Shown here in pieces: positions 12,270 to 24,770 of a stretch of DNA of 64,000 bases. The stretch's first letter is position 1; each line of letters opens with the position of its first letter. The position numbers were made by a program, and so were the translations under genes. Origin of the DNA: Rhynchobatus australiae (lineage: Eukaryota); the NCBI GenBank assembly GCA_034780895.1, contig JAUZTB010000001.1, positions 49,589,945 to 49,653,944 of the forward strand. The letters run 5' to 3'. The notes under the pieces are model-generated. The model was not told the DNA's origin and did no database searches. It was given only the letters and a program-made list of their open reading frames with translations.

Positions 12270-13995
12270 TGGAACTTTATGGCACAGACAGGGTACTGTA
12301 CTTGTGACACAGTACAGCCAACCTTTTAACCTACTCCAAGATCAATCCAACAATTCCCTCCCAAATGTCCATTTCTCTATCATTCATGTGCCTATCCAAG
12401 TCTCTCAAATATCCCTATTGTATCTGTCCCTGGCAGCATGTTCCACACACCCAACACAAAAACTTCCCTCTGGTATCTCTTCCCCCTCACACACTTTCCT
12501 CCAATCACCTTAACATTATGCCTCATCACATTAACCATTTCCATCCTGGGGAAAAGTCTCTGGCTGTCTACTTGATCTTATTATCTTGTACACCTCTCAG
12601 GTCACCTCTCATCCTCCTTCACAAAGAGAAAAGCCCTCGCTCACTCAACCTATCCTCATAAGACGTGCCCTCCAATCCAGGCAGCATCCTGGTAAATCTC
12701 CTCTGCACCCTCTCTAAAGCTTCCACATCCTTCCTATAATGAGGTGACCAGAATTTAACACAGTACTCCAAGTGTGGTCTGACCAGAGTTTTATAGAGCT
12801 GTAACGTTACCTCACAGCTCTTGAGCTCAATACACCAAGTAATGAAGGCCAACATGCCATACACCTTAACAACCCTATCAACTTGTATGGTGACCTTGAG
12901 TGATCTAATGGACTTGGACGCCAAGATCACTCTGTTCCTGCACTCTGCCAAGAGTCCTACCATTAACCCCATATTCAGCCTTCATATTAGACCTTCCAAA
13001 GTGAATTACTTCAGACTTTTCTGGATTGAAATCCATTTGCTACTTCTCAGCCCAGCTTTACATCCACTAACGTCCTGTTGTAACCCACAGCAACCTTCTA
13101 CACTATTCACAACACCACCAACCATTGTATCATCTGTGACCTTACTAACCCACCCTTCCACATCCTCATCTAAGTCATTTATACAAATCACAAAGAGCAG
13201 GGGTCCCAGAACAGATCCCTGCAGAACACCACTAGTCACTGACCTCCAGGCAGAATACGCTCCATCTACCACCACCCTCTGTCTTCTATGGGTGAGCCAA
13301 TTTTCTGAATCCACACAACCAAGTTTCCCTGCATGCCATGCCTCCTGATTTTCTCAATGAGCCTTCCATGATGAACCTGATCAAATGTCTTACTAAGATT
13401 CACGTACACCACATCCACTGCGCTACCTTCAATGTTCTTTGTCACATCCTCAAAGAATTCAATCAGGCTCATGAGGCATGGCCTGCCCTTCACAAAGCCA
13501 ATGCTGACAGTCCCTAATCAGTCAATGCTTCTCCAAATGCCTATAAATCCTGTCTCCAAGAATCTTCTCTAGTAATTTTCCACCACTGAAGTAAGACTCA
13601 CTGGACTGTAATTCCCAGGATCCTACTCCCTTTCTTGAACGAAGGAACAACATTTGCCACCCTCCAATCTGGCACTCCTCCTGTGGCCAGTGAGAACGCA
13701 AAGAGCATCGCCAAGGGTGCATCAATCCTTTCCCTCGCTTCCCATAACAACCTTGGATATATCCCGTCTGGCCCTGGTGACTTGTCTATCCCGATGTTAT
13801 TCAGAAGTTCCAGCACGTCCTCTCTCCTCACGTCAATATGCCCTAGCATTTCAGCCTGTTGTATGCCATCCTCACAAACATCACGGTCTCTCTCTCTGGT
13901 GAATATTGAAGCAAAGTATTCATTAAGGATCTCCCCTACCTCTTCCAACTCCAGCCACGTTTCCTCTTTTATCCCTGATCGGTCCTACCCTCACA
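12270..13995 (-). mobile_element. 5'-truncated CR1-clade LINE (RT domain plus 3' UTR), frameshifted
   Basis: Overlapping ORFs carry KSPGPDGIYPRLL, SCL.LIEFFEDVT, VDVVY.N.SK.FD.V.HGRL, VTSGVLQGSVLGPLLF, (FA)DDT and LYKTLVRPHLEYC..FWSP. Confidence 0.92.
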
Positions 13996-14128
13996 CTGAG
14001 CTGCCAGTGGAAGTGGTAGATGCAGGTTCAATTGTAACATTTAGGAGAAGTTTGAATAGGTGCATGGATGAAAAAGGTACAGATGGGCTGAAGGGCCTGT
14101 TTCTGTAGTGCTCTATGACTTTATGACC
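13996..14128 (+). mobile_element. CR1 LINE extreme 3' end, opposite orientation to the adjacent CR1
   Basis: gagctgccagtggaagtggtagatgcagg...tttgaataggtgcatgg...gggctgaagggcctgtttctgt..tctatgactttatgac. Confidence 0.75.
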
Positions 14129-14330
14129 CAGAAACATATTGCCTGACAGTTTGCAGCAATAAGTCAAACTCTATTCCCCTAGACCCAATACTATTTCCAT
14201 TGTTTCACTGACTTTTACCATCTTGGGAAACTAATCTTACACTAATGTCTGCAAACAGGAATCCAAAATAAAACAGTTATTGAAGATTATTCTGAAAGAT
14301 GACTATTCATCAAGTTGCACAGTCAAATAC

Positions 14331-14424
14331 CTGACTTCTGCGATGACAGAGCAACCACCAATGCTGGGTCAATTTCACAAGGCAAACCAGATGCTGAAGA
14401 GAGTTCGTACACATTCATCGCAAC
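14331..14424 (-). CDS. NCKAP1: NCKAP1 exon ~27 (94 nt)
   Basis: gtgcag|GTT GCG ATG...AAG TCA G|gtattt; [31 protein letters not shown]. Confidence 0.95.
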
Positions 14425-15967
14425 CTGCACAGGTTAAGAAATCACATTTAAGACAATAAAATATCTTTAAAGTTCTTCATATAGCATATGCCTGAAATCT
14501 ATTTACTAAATCTAAAACACAAGTAGATATGAAGTGGAATTTCATGCCAATATAAATGCTTTACAAGGAAATGGATATGATGTACTGGTGATGCTACTTT
14601 AGAGGGTCAGAATTATTGAGGTTGTGCTATCATGCCTGAAGACTGCAGCTGAATAGATGCAACCAGCCATGTGATAGAGGTATGTATCCCTGGGATAATT
14701 CTGTTAGCAAACAAGAAAAATCAACTGCCAATTAATATATCAATTTTCTTCATTGGTTTTTTAAAGTACTGGAGATTAGGGAAAAGGGATTTGATTGGCA
14801 AATAACCTCAAGAATCCCTTCAATTTCTCTTTGGCATTGGAAGTGGATGTGCAAGGAATGGCACAAGGATGTACCTTTGGCTCTTTGAGATATGGGGATT
14901 GGTGGCATAGCAGGCATTTATTAACAACTCTTAGTTGTCCTGGAGAGGGTAACATAACTTCTTGATTCCTTGCGACTTGTGCATTGGTGTTCATGTGCAC
15001 CTGCTGCCCACATTTTTCTTGGTGGCAGAGGCAAGGGGTAATGAAGCAGGCTTGGAGTGTTCTTGCAGTGCAAATGATAGATAGCAGTGAACCTTGTTAC
15101 TGCATGACAGTTGTGGATAGGGTGCCAAACAAGCAGGCAGCTTTGCCCTTGATTGAGGTTTTTTGAAGATTATTAGATCCTTTCTAATCCAGGCAAATAA
15201 AGAGTATTTTATCATAATCTAACATCCTTCTAAATAGAAGGAAGGCTTTGTGGAAAGGTATCATCTCATTTCAGTGCTATCAAATGACACTTACTAACCC
15301 ACTCACTGTGTAGTTTGGAAACTGTACCCAAGTCCCACATGGATACGTTCAGACCACATTTATTTTGTTGATCAAATTAGTGCTTTGTGTAATACTACCC
15401 TGGTGTCTTTGAAAGGTTTGGGATAAATTTGTTGAACTTATCAATTTATAGACTAGAGTTGCAGAAGTTCAAGTGCACTGGCTACTTCCTTGATATTTGC
15501 TGGCTGGATTGCTTCCCAAAAACCTGATCACATTCATTGAGGTCTTTTGCATCTTGTAACTTGGGAAAAAAAAAACAGATGCTAGAAATCAGGTTCTTTC
15601 AGGATCACAAAGCTGCCAAAGTCTTCCACCTGAAAAGTTAACTGTTTCCCTTTCTACAGATACTGCCTGACCTGCCATGTATTTTCAACATTTACTCTTT
15701 TTGTTTTGCATTAATATACGAGCATAATAGCTTCTCCAATTTGCAAGCTCTTACATTGAATTTGCAACACAATGATGACAATGAAACAAAACTGTACATG
15801 AAAAGTGCACCACAGCAAGATTCACAAAAATGAAATTAATCTAGAATTTAATGTAGAATTTAAATACATTAGCTTTCTGCAATTCTAGCCATATTCAATC
15901 TGCAGTAAACATTTCATATTAAATAGACAATAACTTGACCTTAAATTCAAGATACGAATTGTAATAC

Positions 15968-16048
15968 CTTCATATCAGTCTCCCTTGGAATGTGATCCTT
16001 GAAATCTTCAACTGAACTCACAAGGAAGGGAATGTGGCAGGACAGAAC
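15968..16048 (-). CDS. NCKAP1: NCKAP1 exon ~26 (81 nt)
   Basis: tttcag|GTT CTG TCC...ATG AAG|gtatta; [27 protein letters not shown]. Confidence 0.95.
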
Positions 16049-18105
16049 CTGAAAGAAATACCCAACATATTAGGCCTAGTAGATTTTAAAGTTCTGATGC
16101 AGGGGAATGAGGTTGGGGTGCAAGGTAGAATAAGCAAGTTTGGCAGCATGGAATAGGAGGTGCTGTAGTCTAAAGAGCATGAAGTGGCTTAGAAAGTAAA
16201 ATCATTCTCAACAGTTTGAAGTTTAGCATTGTTCCGTAATTTCTTGTCCCAGGATTTTGGCAGCAACACACAAAACCCCCCAGTCCAGTAGCTTTGATTT
16301 TGAGGTGATTTGATCAGTGGCAGCAAGGCACAATAAATGCTTTTAGGTTGTAAATACTGTAAAATATCAGCAAAAGTGGCAACAACTAACTGGGCAAGAA
16401 GTCTGATGATTGTACGTAGTAAACATGAAATAATGGTGCTTGTAGTTCGAAAGCTCATGAAGATCACAGATGAGTCACAGGAACAAAAGCAGAGGTAAAA
16501 GAAAGAAATTAGATGGCAGACAAGAGCAAGGCTAAGTCCCGCAGTAAAAGCACTGTAGGCAGGAGTATTGGATGTAATCATCCATATTCTATATTGAGAA
16601 AATGCACATGCCTTGATATGTTTTAATTATCTCTTTTGATTTCTTAAAAACATAATGACAGCTAAAAGTCTTTTCCAAAATATACTTTGGCAGTGTTCAT
16701 TGGTTGCCCTACAGCTCTCCCAGATAATTATTTTGTAGTCTAACTGCTCCTTGAATGGTAATTTTCATTCAATCCTGTCCCTTGTTCCCTGGAAAATCAC
16801 TTATCTGTTCAGTCATAATTTATTGTGCTTTTCAAAAATATTTGACTCTATCAAATGCAATTATAAAATTTAAGTGTATAGATTAGAGGATGAGAACAAA
16901 GTTATTTGGCCCCTTTTGTTCTGCCATTTGACCAGATCTGTACCTCAGCAGCTTTTAAAATAAAATAATAAGAAAAATAATTAAAGAGAGAATAGGCTAC
17001 AGGGAAATGAGCAGGATTGCACAAGAGCTGATGTAGACATGAGCAACAGCCTTTAATTCACATACTTCAATCCACCTGCAAAATTTGTTATTCTTGCATT
17101 TAATAGAGTACAATATCTGTTAGCCCTAGTCTTGAAAATGCCAATGGACCCAGCAACGTCTTTTGGATGACAGAATTCCATATTTGTGCTACCTTTTCTA
17201 TGAAAATTCTTCCCAATTTCACTTTTCAATGGCAGAGCTTCAGTTTTAAGATTCTGTGGTGGAGGAATCCATAACAATGGGACTTAAATTGCTCCCACTG
17301 TACCAAATCCACTAAATTAAAACACCTCAATTGCATCCACCCTTCAAAGTCCAAAGTCACAGGCATAAAAAGCACAGACAATACAAACACTCCTTAAAGT
17401 AGCCCTTGAAGTCCAGGCTATCAGTCTACTAAATCTGTTCTGTATTCCCCGAGTCAATATATCATTGCAGACTTTGCAAACCCACTTCTTTGGTCAAGCT
17501 TTTAGTCTTTTGTCCTTGTAGCAACTCTGGTTCATTATCAAACCTCTTCAGGCATCTTGGAATAATTCAGTACATTAAAAGGGTGATACATAAAGCTGAT
17601 GTTATTGTTGCTAACACTTCAGAGGGATTCTGTAGAATATTTAAAGCCATTACATAAATGAAAGCAGCTTTTGTCATGAATACCTTCTTCAAACATAACA
17701 ATATTAGCTAAATAACTTACTGCCACAAACTCAAGTTAACAATTTGATTGGCTTATACTTATTTGAATATTTAGTTCCTTTTTCCATGATGTACTACTTG
17801 AATTTCCACAATTGACAAACTGACAAGCCTTCAGCTTCATTTCTTTTTCCATTCTACCTTAAATAATGGAGCCACATCTTAGAGGAAGTTAAAATGTTTG
17901 TTATATTCTGCCCAATTTAAATTACTTTTTTTTCCATCTCAGGAGTCCTTTTAATTCACTACTTCCCATTAAATGTTTTCTCAAAATTATTTCCTTTTCC
18001 AGTGACACCAATACTATTTCTAAGATGTTATACAGCATTTGGCAATTTGACCACTAAGAAATTCAAAGATATTCACATGACGTATATAACTACGTCGGTA
18101 CTTAC

Positions 18106-18188
18106 ATCTCTAAGTGCTTCCTGTGCCAGTGAACGGAATGATAAGATAACACCAATTATTGTCATCCTCTTCAATACGCTGTCAACCG
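18106..18188 (-). CDS. NCKAP1: NCKAP1 exon ~25 (83 nt)
   Basis: atccag|CG GTT GAC...AGA GAT|gtaagt; [27 protein letters not shown]. Confidence 0.95.
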
Positions 18189-19149
18189 CTGGATTATAGG
18201 ATACAGGAGGAAGAATGAGTAGCATCTAGATTTTTTGAAACTCAATAATACAATACACTTCAGAAATGTATCTAAATTTCACTAAACAATTTTCAGCTTC
18301 AGACTGATCAATTACACAGTCATTAACTGATTAAATTGTATGAAATAAATCTTCGTAAACATAATCCAATTTCTTAGAAGCTTCAGAAACACTAAAATAT
18401 GGGGAGTTCCAATTTTTAAATAATCAGACTAAATTATCTTTGAAACTAGTAAAAAAATGTAGTGAGAATGTGCATTTTTTTTAATTTTACANNNNNNNNN
18501 NNNNNNNNNNNNNNNNNNNNNNNNNNNNNNNNNNNNNNNNNNNNNNNNNNNNNNNNNNNNNNNNNNNNNNNNNNNNNNNNNNNNNNNNNNNNNNNNNNNN
18601 NNNNNNNNNNNNNNNNNNNNNNNNNNNNNNNNNNNNNNNNNNNNNNNNNNNNNNNNNNNNNNNNNNNNNNNNNNNNNNNNNNNNNNNNNNNNNNNNNNNN
18701 NNNNNNNNNNNNNNNNNNNNNNNNNNNNNNNNNNNNNNNNNNNNNNNNNNNNNNNNNNNNNNNNNNNNNNNNNNNNNNNNNNNNNNNNNNNNNNNNNNNN
18801 NNNNNNNNNNNNNNNNNNNNNNNNNNNNNNNNNNNNNNNNNNNNNNNNNNNNNNNNNNNNNNNNNNNNNNNNNNNNNNNNNNNNNNNNNNNNNNNNNNNN
18901 NNNNNNNNNNNNNNNNNNNNNNNNNNNNNNNNNNNNNNNNNNNNNNNNNNNNNNNNNNNNNNNNNNNNNNNNNNNNNNNNNNNNNNNNNNNNNNNNNNNN
19001 NNNNNNNNNNNNNNNNNNNNNNNNNNNNNNNNNNNNNNNNNNNNNNNNNNNNNNNNNNNNNNNNNNNNNNNNNNNNNNNNNNNNNNNNNNNNNNNNNNNN
19101 NNNNNNNNNNNNNNNNNNNNNNNNNNNNNNNNNNNNNNNNNNNNNNNNN

Positions 19150-19435
19150 GTGCTTTATGGACAAGATGCTACCGGGGTGTTTTCCCTAGCTGAGGCCCCT
19201 AAGACTACCGGAAGTAGTTTCAGAAGTAGCCTATTTACTCAGAAGGTAGTGAACTTTGGAATTCTGTAACGTGGAGGACCACAGATGTTCATTCAAAACA
19301 CAGATTGATATTTCTGGGTATTAATGAAATCAAGGGATTATGGGGATTTTGTTGAAAAATGTCACTGAGATAGAAGATCAGCCATAATTTAATGGGGGGA
19401 AAAAAGGCTCAAAGGGTCAGAAAGCCTATTTCTTA
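19150..19435 (+). mobile_element. CR1 LINE 3' fragment next to a 658-N gap
   Basis: tttactcagaaggtagtgaactttggaattct ... aatcaagggattatgggga ... gatcagccat. Confidence 0.6.
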
Positions 19436-20732
19436 CATTATAGGTGGGGCTAATGTGATTTCCCTAGTCTCCTTTTGCACTTCAGCAGTTCATCCTCCCA
19501 CTCAATTCTCAATGTGTATTGAGAAGCATTTTATTTCAGATTTCAAAATCTACGTTTCCAGCAAATTGAAAAAATCAGACCTTTTTTACCTTTTTTCAAC
19601 ATATGGGAAATCAGAAGTCATGAGTACTGCAGGATTAGAAAGGATTTCCTTAGACTGATAGGTATTCCTTTCACATTAGGACATTTAATGAATCTTTGCA
19701 AAAGTTTAAACCATCTAGCACAGGACTTGAGAGCAAAAGCATGTTTTTAAAGTCAAAATTTAAAACAATGTCCAAGTACATTTTGAACAAAAGGTCTTAA
19801 GTTGACCTTGGTCTGTTTTGAGTTAGCTGATAACCTGTCTCAAACAGCTGTCTGTCTCCACGAATGTTTACTGTGGAATGTCGCTGTACACTTGAGTTCA
19901 GTTACAAAGTCAGTTGGGACAAGATTAAAGTTCCGGTGCCTATCAAGATTTGTTTTTATGCTCATCACTACAACATTACATCAAATAGCCTCTGAATACC
20001 ACTGATGACTCAAAAATGAATTTCATTAATTCCTTTCCAGCCTGGATGGAACTACAAAAGGCAAAATTATGAAAGATTTTCTGATCTTTAGACGAAAGAG
20101 ATAAAAACATATTGCCTTTCCCTAGGGTGCTGCTCAGCATTTTTCAAACTTATGAAATAAACCACCTTTTTAGAGCTGCTAAGTTTAGTGGGAAAAATAC
20201 AAATGGAAAAGAACTGATGGTTATCAACACTTAAAAGAAAAATGCAGATCAAATGCAACTCGTGGAATTTATGAAATCTGAAATCATTGCAATACTGAAC
20301 AACACTGTTGACCAGTGAATTAACTGGAGTACAAGGTCAAATACTTCTCACTAATGAAAAAAAAATCACTGGGATCTTGCTTTCTTGGCCTAACACACTA
20401 AAAAAGTGTTCGTAGATGAAAGACTTATCAAATTATTATTCTGCCCTTACTAGGGAAAGAGTTGGGGGGAGGGTGGGAGGTTGGTTTAGGCAAAGTTCTC
20501 ATTTCCTTCACCCATCTCCCAAGGAAAAAAAATTACATAAGTCTTTAAGTTATGACAATGTGTAAAATTAACAGGTCATTTTATTGGATATTCAAATGAT
20601 TGTATGCAAGGCAAGGATAGAACGTGTAATGGAATTATAATTCTGCAACTGGGAGGCCATGTCAACACAGATTGGAAAATCATTACATTGTCTGCCTAGT
20701 TTCCGTAATTGGAGAACATATTCGATACCCAC

Positions 20733-20826
20733 ATGTTAATCTTTTGAAGAGTGCTGCCATCTGGTCTGGCTTGTCAAAGCTGGTCCTCATTTGTGTAAGC
20801 ACATCAACATTCTCCACTACCAGTTT
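20733..20826 (-). CDS. NCKAP1: NCKAP1 exon ~24 (94 nt)
   Basis: ttgtag|AAA CTG GTA...TTA ACA T|gtgggt; [31 protein letters not shown]. Confidence 0.94.
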
Positions 20827-22744
20827 CTACAAAAGAAAGAATATTCAATATTAGGCAGTCAGTCAGATAACCAAAATCAAACAGATATTTCAATCTGGCA
20901 AAAGGAAATTAGCTTTATAAACTCCAGATGGTTCCACAGTCTACGGTTCCCAAAGAGATTAAGCGTCTACAGATCATGTGTGGTTTGACTTCTGAAAACA
21001 AAACATACATGATATTTTGCAGTTTTCCTCTTTCAATTCATAGGGAAATATGGTGAAATCGGACAGGCCATTCTCTTCAATTTTCTCCTGAACTCTTCAT
21101 CCCATGACAGAATAATTGCTTTGACTCTTCTCAATGCAAAACTAAGATGCAGATGATGCCCTTGAATAGGCAATCATTAAATGAGCTCTATATAAAAATA
21201 AAGATTTGCTTTATAAAGATAAGGGACTGCAAGTTATTCTAAGTACACTACATCACTATTGATATCTGCAATGCATTGACAAAACCATATTTTACTTTTT
21301 TTTTTGCCAGTTATTTCCTACATATATTTGAGTACAATCAGCTACATCCTTTAACATTATCAAAGTGTTTATGTCTAAGCTGGGAAAGCAGGTGTCATTG
21401 GGTAATTCAGCTGTGGTGATCATCTTCGTTGAAACAATGTTATTTTAGCTTGTGTCTAAATGGGCATATTTCTTGCAGAAGAGAAGGGAAAAATATCAAA
21501 ATTTTATCATATGGTAATATATTTTGGAATTTGCAGGCATTTTTCCTCCACACAGGTTCAAGGGTGCTAATTCAAGCCCCATTAAGTAATCCGTTAAGGG
21601 AACTTTTATGGCGTTCAGAACCACAAAGTGAATTCTGGGGCAGGAAAATCCAACAATACTCTTGGCTTTTGTATCAGTACTACCCTTAGCAATAGTAATT
21701 TTAAACAATTACTTCATGCAACCACCAGTTTGGGTCTTCCCCGATATTACCGTGACATAATTTTAGTGGATGCTATAAGAGCCACAAATAAAGATAGTTT
21801 TTCTTGCTGATTAGAGAATACATACTTTGTAGAAAATGTATTCCCTTAAGACTTTCCTTCTCATTGGCTGCTGCATCAGATAGCAAGCCCAAGTTACAAT
21901 TTTCCATAAGAAAATTAGACTGCAATTTTATCACATTTTGCATAATCATCAATTTATCCAATAGAAAGCAATAAATTAATAGCATTTCACTATAGAATGC
22001 AGAGGCACTGAAATGGAGAAAAAAAGGAATTGACTAACTTTAGATGATTTACTCTAAGTCACACATTCTTCTCTTGCAATCCCCTCCTCCACAAAGAAAT
22101 AAATTACTTTCACATGAAGGTAAAAGGTTAAACGGCCTTTTGGATGTAAGGGATACCAAATGCCAATATTGTTTTCACACAATAATAAACTCCCTCAAGT
22201 TAACTGCAAATGAAAAATAATTTGATTTCAGAGAGAGATCATATTTCTTATGTTCATTTAAAACAGTTTCATCTGTAGGCTATTTTCAAATAAGCTCATG
22301 TTTCTGTATATTCTCAGTTTATAAATACAGGATGTAGTAATTTGCAGACGTTGCTGGTACTAATGTAATACAAAAATAAATACACCAATTCAATTGATAT
22401 ACCAATGGATGCAAAGCTTTCAGTCAGATTTCTGTTTGCTGAAATTGTGCAAGAGTTTTGAATTAGACATTGATTTATGTTTTCCTCAGCAGCAGGAAAA
22501 TACAGTAGCATGCAACGAATCCCACTTGTGCAGTTTAAGAAAAAAATAAAAGACATGAATTTCAGCAAGATGATGCAAAGTGTCTATTTGTATTTATGCT
22601 TGTTCTTTTTAAGGAAGGGAGAATGCAATCCCAATGCTACATTTGCAAATTCCAAAGCAACATAGCTAATAGCATCAGTATCAACAGTAAAATTCACATC
22701 CTCCTTCAACCAAAGTACTTAACAAATGATCCATAGCTAAACAA

Positions 22745-23150
22745 TCGCAAGGAGCACCCCTCATTGATTTCCCCTCCAATTTGAGACAGGTTTAGCCGAC
22801 TCTTCCGCCCGGCTCCAGGAAGGGCCCCCAACACCGCACTGAGCTTCTGCTACTCTTCCCCTGCTGCCAATCACATCATTACCAAGGTTTACTTCTGATC
22901 TCACGTTCCACCCCACACGCCTCCTTGGCACTACTCCCCATCTCTTTCTCTGCCACATTGATGACTACATTAGTGCCACCTCCTACACACGTACAGAACT
23001 CTCCAATTTCATCAACTTCGCCACTAACATCCGCTCTGCCCAATTCACTTGGATAATTTTTGACATTCTCTGTCCCCTTTCTCGATCTGTCTCCATCTCA
23101 GGACCAATCTATTGACATTTACTACAAACCCACGGCCTCCCACAACTCTT
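22745..23150 (+). mobile_element. Penelope-like RT core fragment
   Basis: cacattgatgactacatt = (Y/H)IDDYI catalytic motif, then ELSNFINFA..., FTW, PFLD, IYYKPT. Confidence 0.8.
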
Positions 23151-24364
23151 CTGAATTCACTTTGGCCCACTGACTTCATGCAGATCCATTTAATTGGTTG
23201 AAGCTGTTGCCCAGGAGAAATCACATGGAGGTGGGACCACAAGGCCATAAGGTTTAGTTCACCATATCCGTAACCACAGTGGCGCTCAGTGCCGAGACCA
23301 ATACGTCCCGACATTCTATTCTGTAGCCTTTCCAAATTATACTGATTAATTCGCTCCAGCCTGGGAACTGGATTTGTTGGCCTGTGGTTCAGACAATGAC
23401 TCACTTAAGAAGGTTAAGATACACAACTGCCAACATGGAAGAATTCTTAAAGTACAAAAATTTTTATTGCATAGCAATATGAATAAAAGAAGTGATCAAT
23501 AATTATAAGATGTATTTTTTTTAAAATAAGAATCACATAGCTGAATCCACCATTTTTCGGAAAAGCAGCCAGCTTCTACCACCCCACCACTCCCCCCCAA
23601 ACCAGCCCCCATTGCTGCCTTTCCCAGTTGTGCAGCACTAGCCAAGTCTTAGTCCAACTTTTCTCCTACAGGACTCATCTTCCAACGCAGAAAATTTCCA
23701 GAGAAGACTAAGCTGAAGTGCAGTACAGATCTTTTTGTTTTATTACAAAGTGGCCAACTCTTAATGTTGTTCAAATTGATGGAGATGTAGAAACTGAAGT
23801 CCTGGGTGAAAAATAACAGAGCAGTGCAAGAATTTATAGCTTCTGCAACCAAATTTGAAGAGCGTTTTTGCTATACTACATAACTTACAATGCAGGATAT
23901 CATTCAGCCCATCTGTTCCAAACTGACAATCCCATTCCCCTTCTCTTTAGTCTCTCTGACACACGCCCATCTACTCCCCTTTGATCCTTTTTTGCAATGA
24001 ACCTACACTCAGGGGTAATTTACAGTTGCTTATAACCTACCAGTACAGTTTTAGGATGGAGAAGAAAATTGGAGTATCTGGAAGAAATCCATGCCGTCAT
24101 GCACAGAGTTTAATATTCTGATCAACTAAAGAGCATTGCAGTGCAGATCAGTAGCATTCGGCCCAAGGTCATCATATCTAATCCCATAGTGCACCATTTG
24201 CAATCTAGATATTACCAAATCTTTTTGTCTAAAAGAAATTTCCATTTCTCTCTATCACCACCCTCAGCCCCTACCCCCATATGGTCTCTCATCATCTGCT
24301 CTGGTCTAAGACTTGAAGGCCTTTTCCCTGTTCCTTAAGTGGTCTTTTTTTTTTAAATTCATTT

Positions 24365-24770
24365 TCAGGATACGAGTTTCACTAGCAAGACCAGCATTTA
24401 TTACCCATCCCTTACTGCCCTTGAAAAGATGCTGCTGAGCCACCTCCTTGAACCCCAAAAATCCTTTTGGTACCTTCTCTGCTTAAACACAACTATCATC
24501 ATAAAAGCGAGTGGTTTGCTAGGCCAGCTCACAAGGCATTCAAGAGTTAACACACAGGTTGGATGCTATTCATGTAATCCAAACCAGGTGGGGATGATGG
24601 ATTTCCTTATGAAGGTTGTGAACCAGGCAGATTTTCACCTCGGTCTGGTAATTTGCATGGTCATCATTATCAAGACTTTGCATCCGCTCCAAATTCCAGT
24701 TCATTAATTACATTTTAATTTCAAAGCTGCTGTGGTGGGATTTGAAGTTGGGTCTCTGGATTACTAGCCT
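24365..24770 (-). mobile_element. tRNA-derived SINE with LINE-like tail (second family)
   Basis: Head gctgctgtggtgggatttgaa...tctctggattactag is the reverse of a B-box-containing tRNA head; tail ccagcatttattacccatccct..tgcccttga; similar fragments near 7.9, 14.9 and 56.0 kb. Confidence 0.55.

Noticed and set aside
12821-14108. Plus-strand ORFs of 175 and 157 aa
   Set aside because: Antisense shadows of the CR1 reverse transcriptase remnant.
14425-15967. Possible U12-type intron (TTTCTTAAC close to the exon 27 acceptor)
   Set aside because: The donor is GTATTACA, not GTATCCTT, and similar TTAAC motifs precede other ordinary acceptors here.
18189-18205. GTATCCT (U12 donor-like) near the exon 25 acceptor
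   Set aside because: It lies inside the acceptor tract, not at an exon end; chance match.
18462-19193. Long ORFs of 243 and 225 aa in the ORF track
   Set aside because: They consist almost entirely of N-gap codons.
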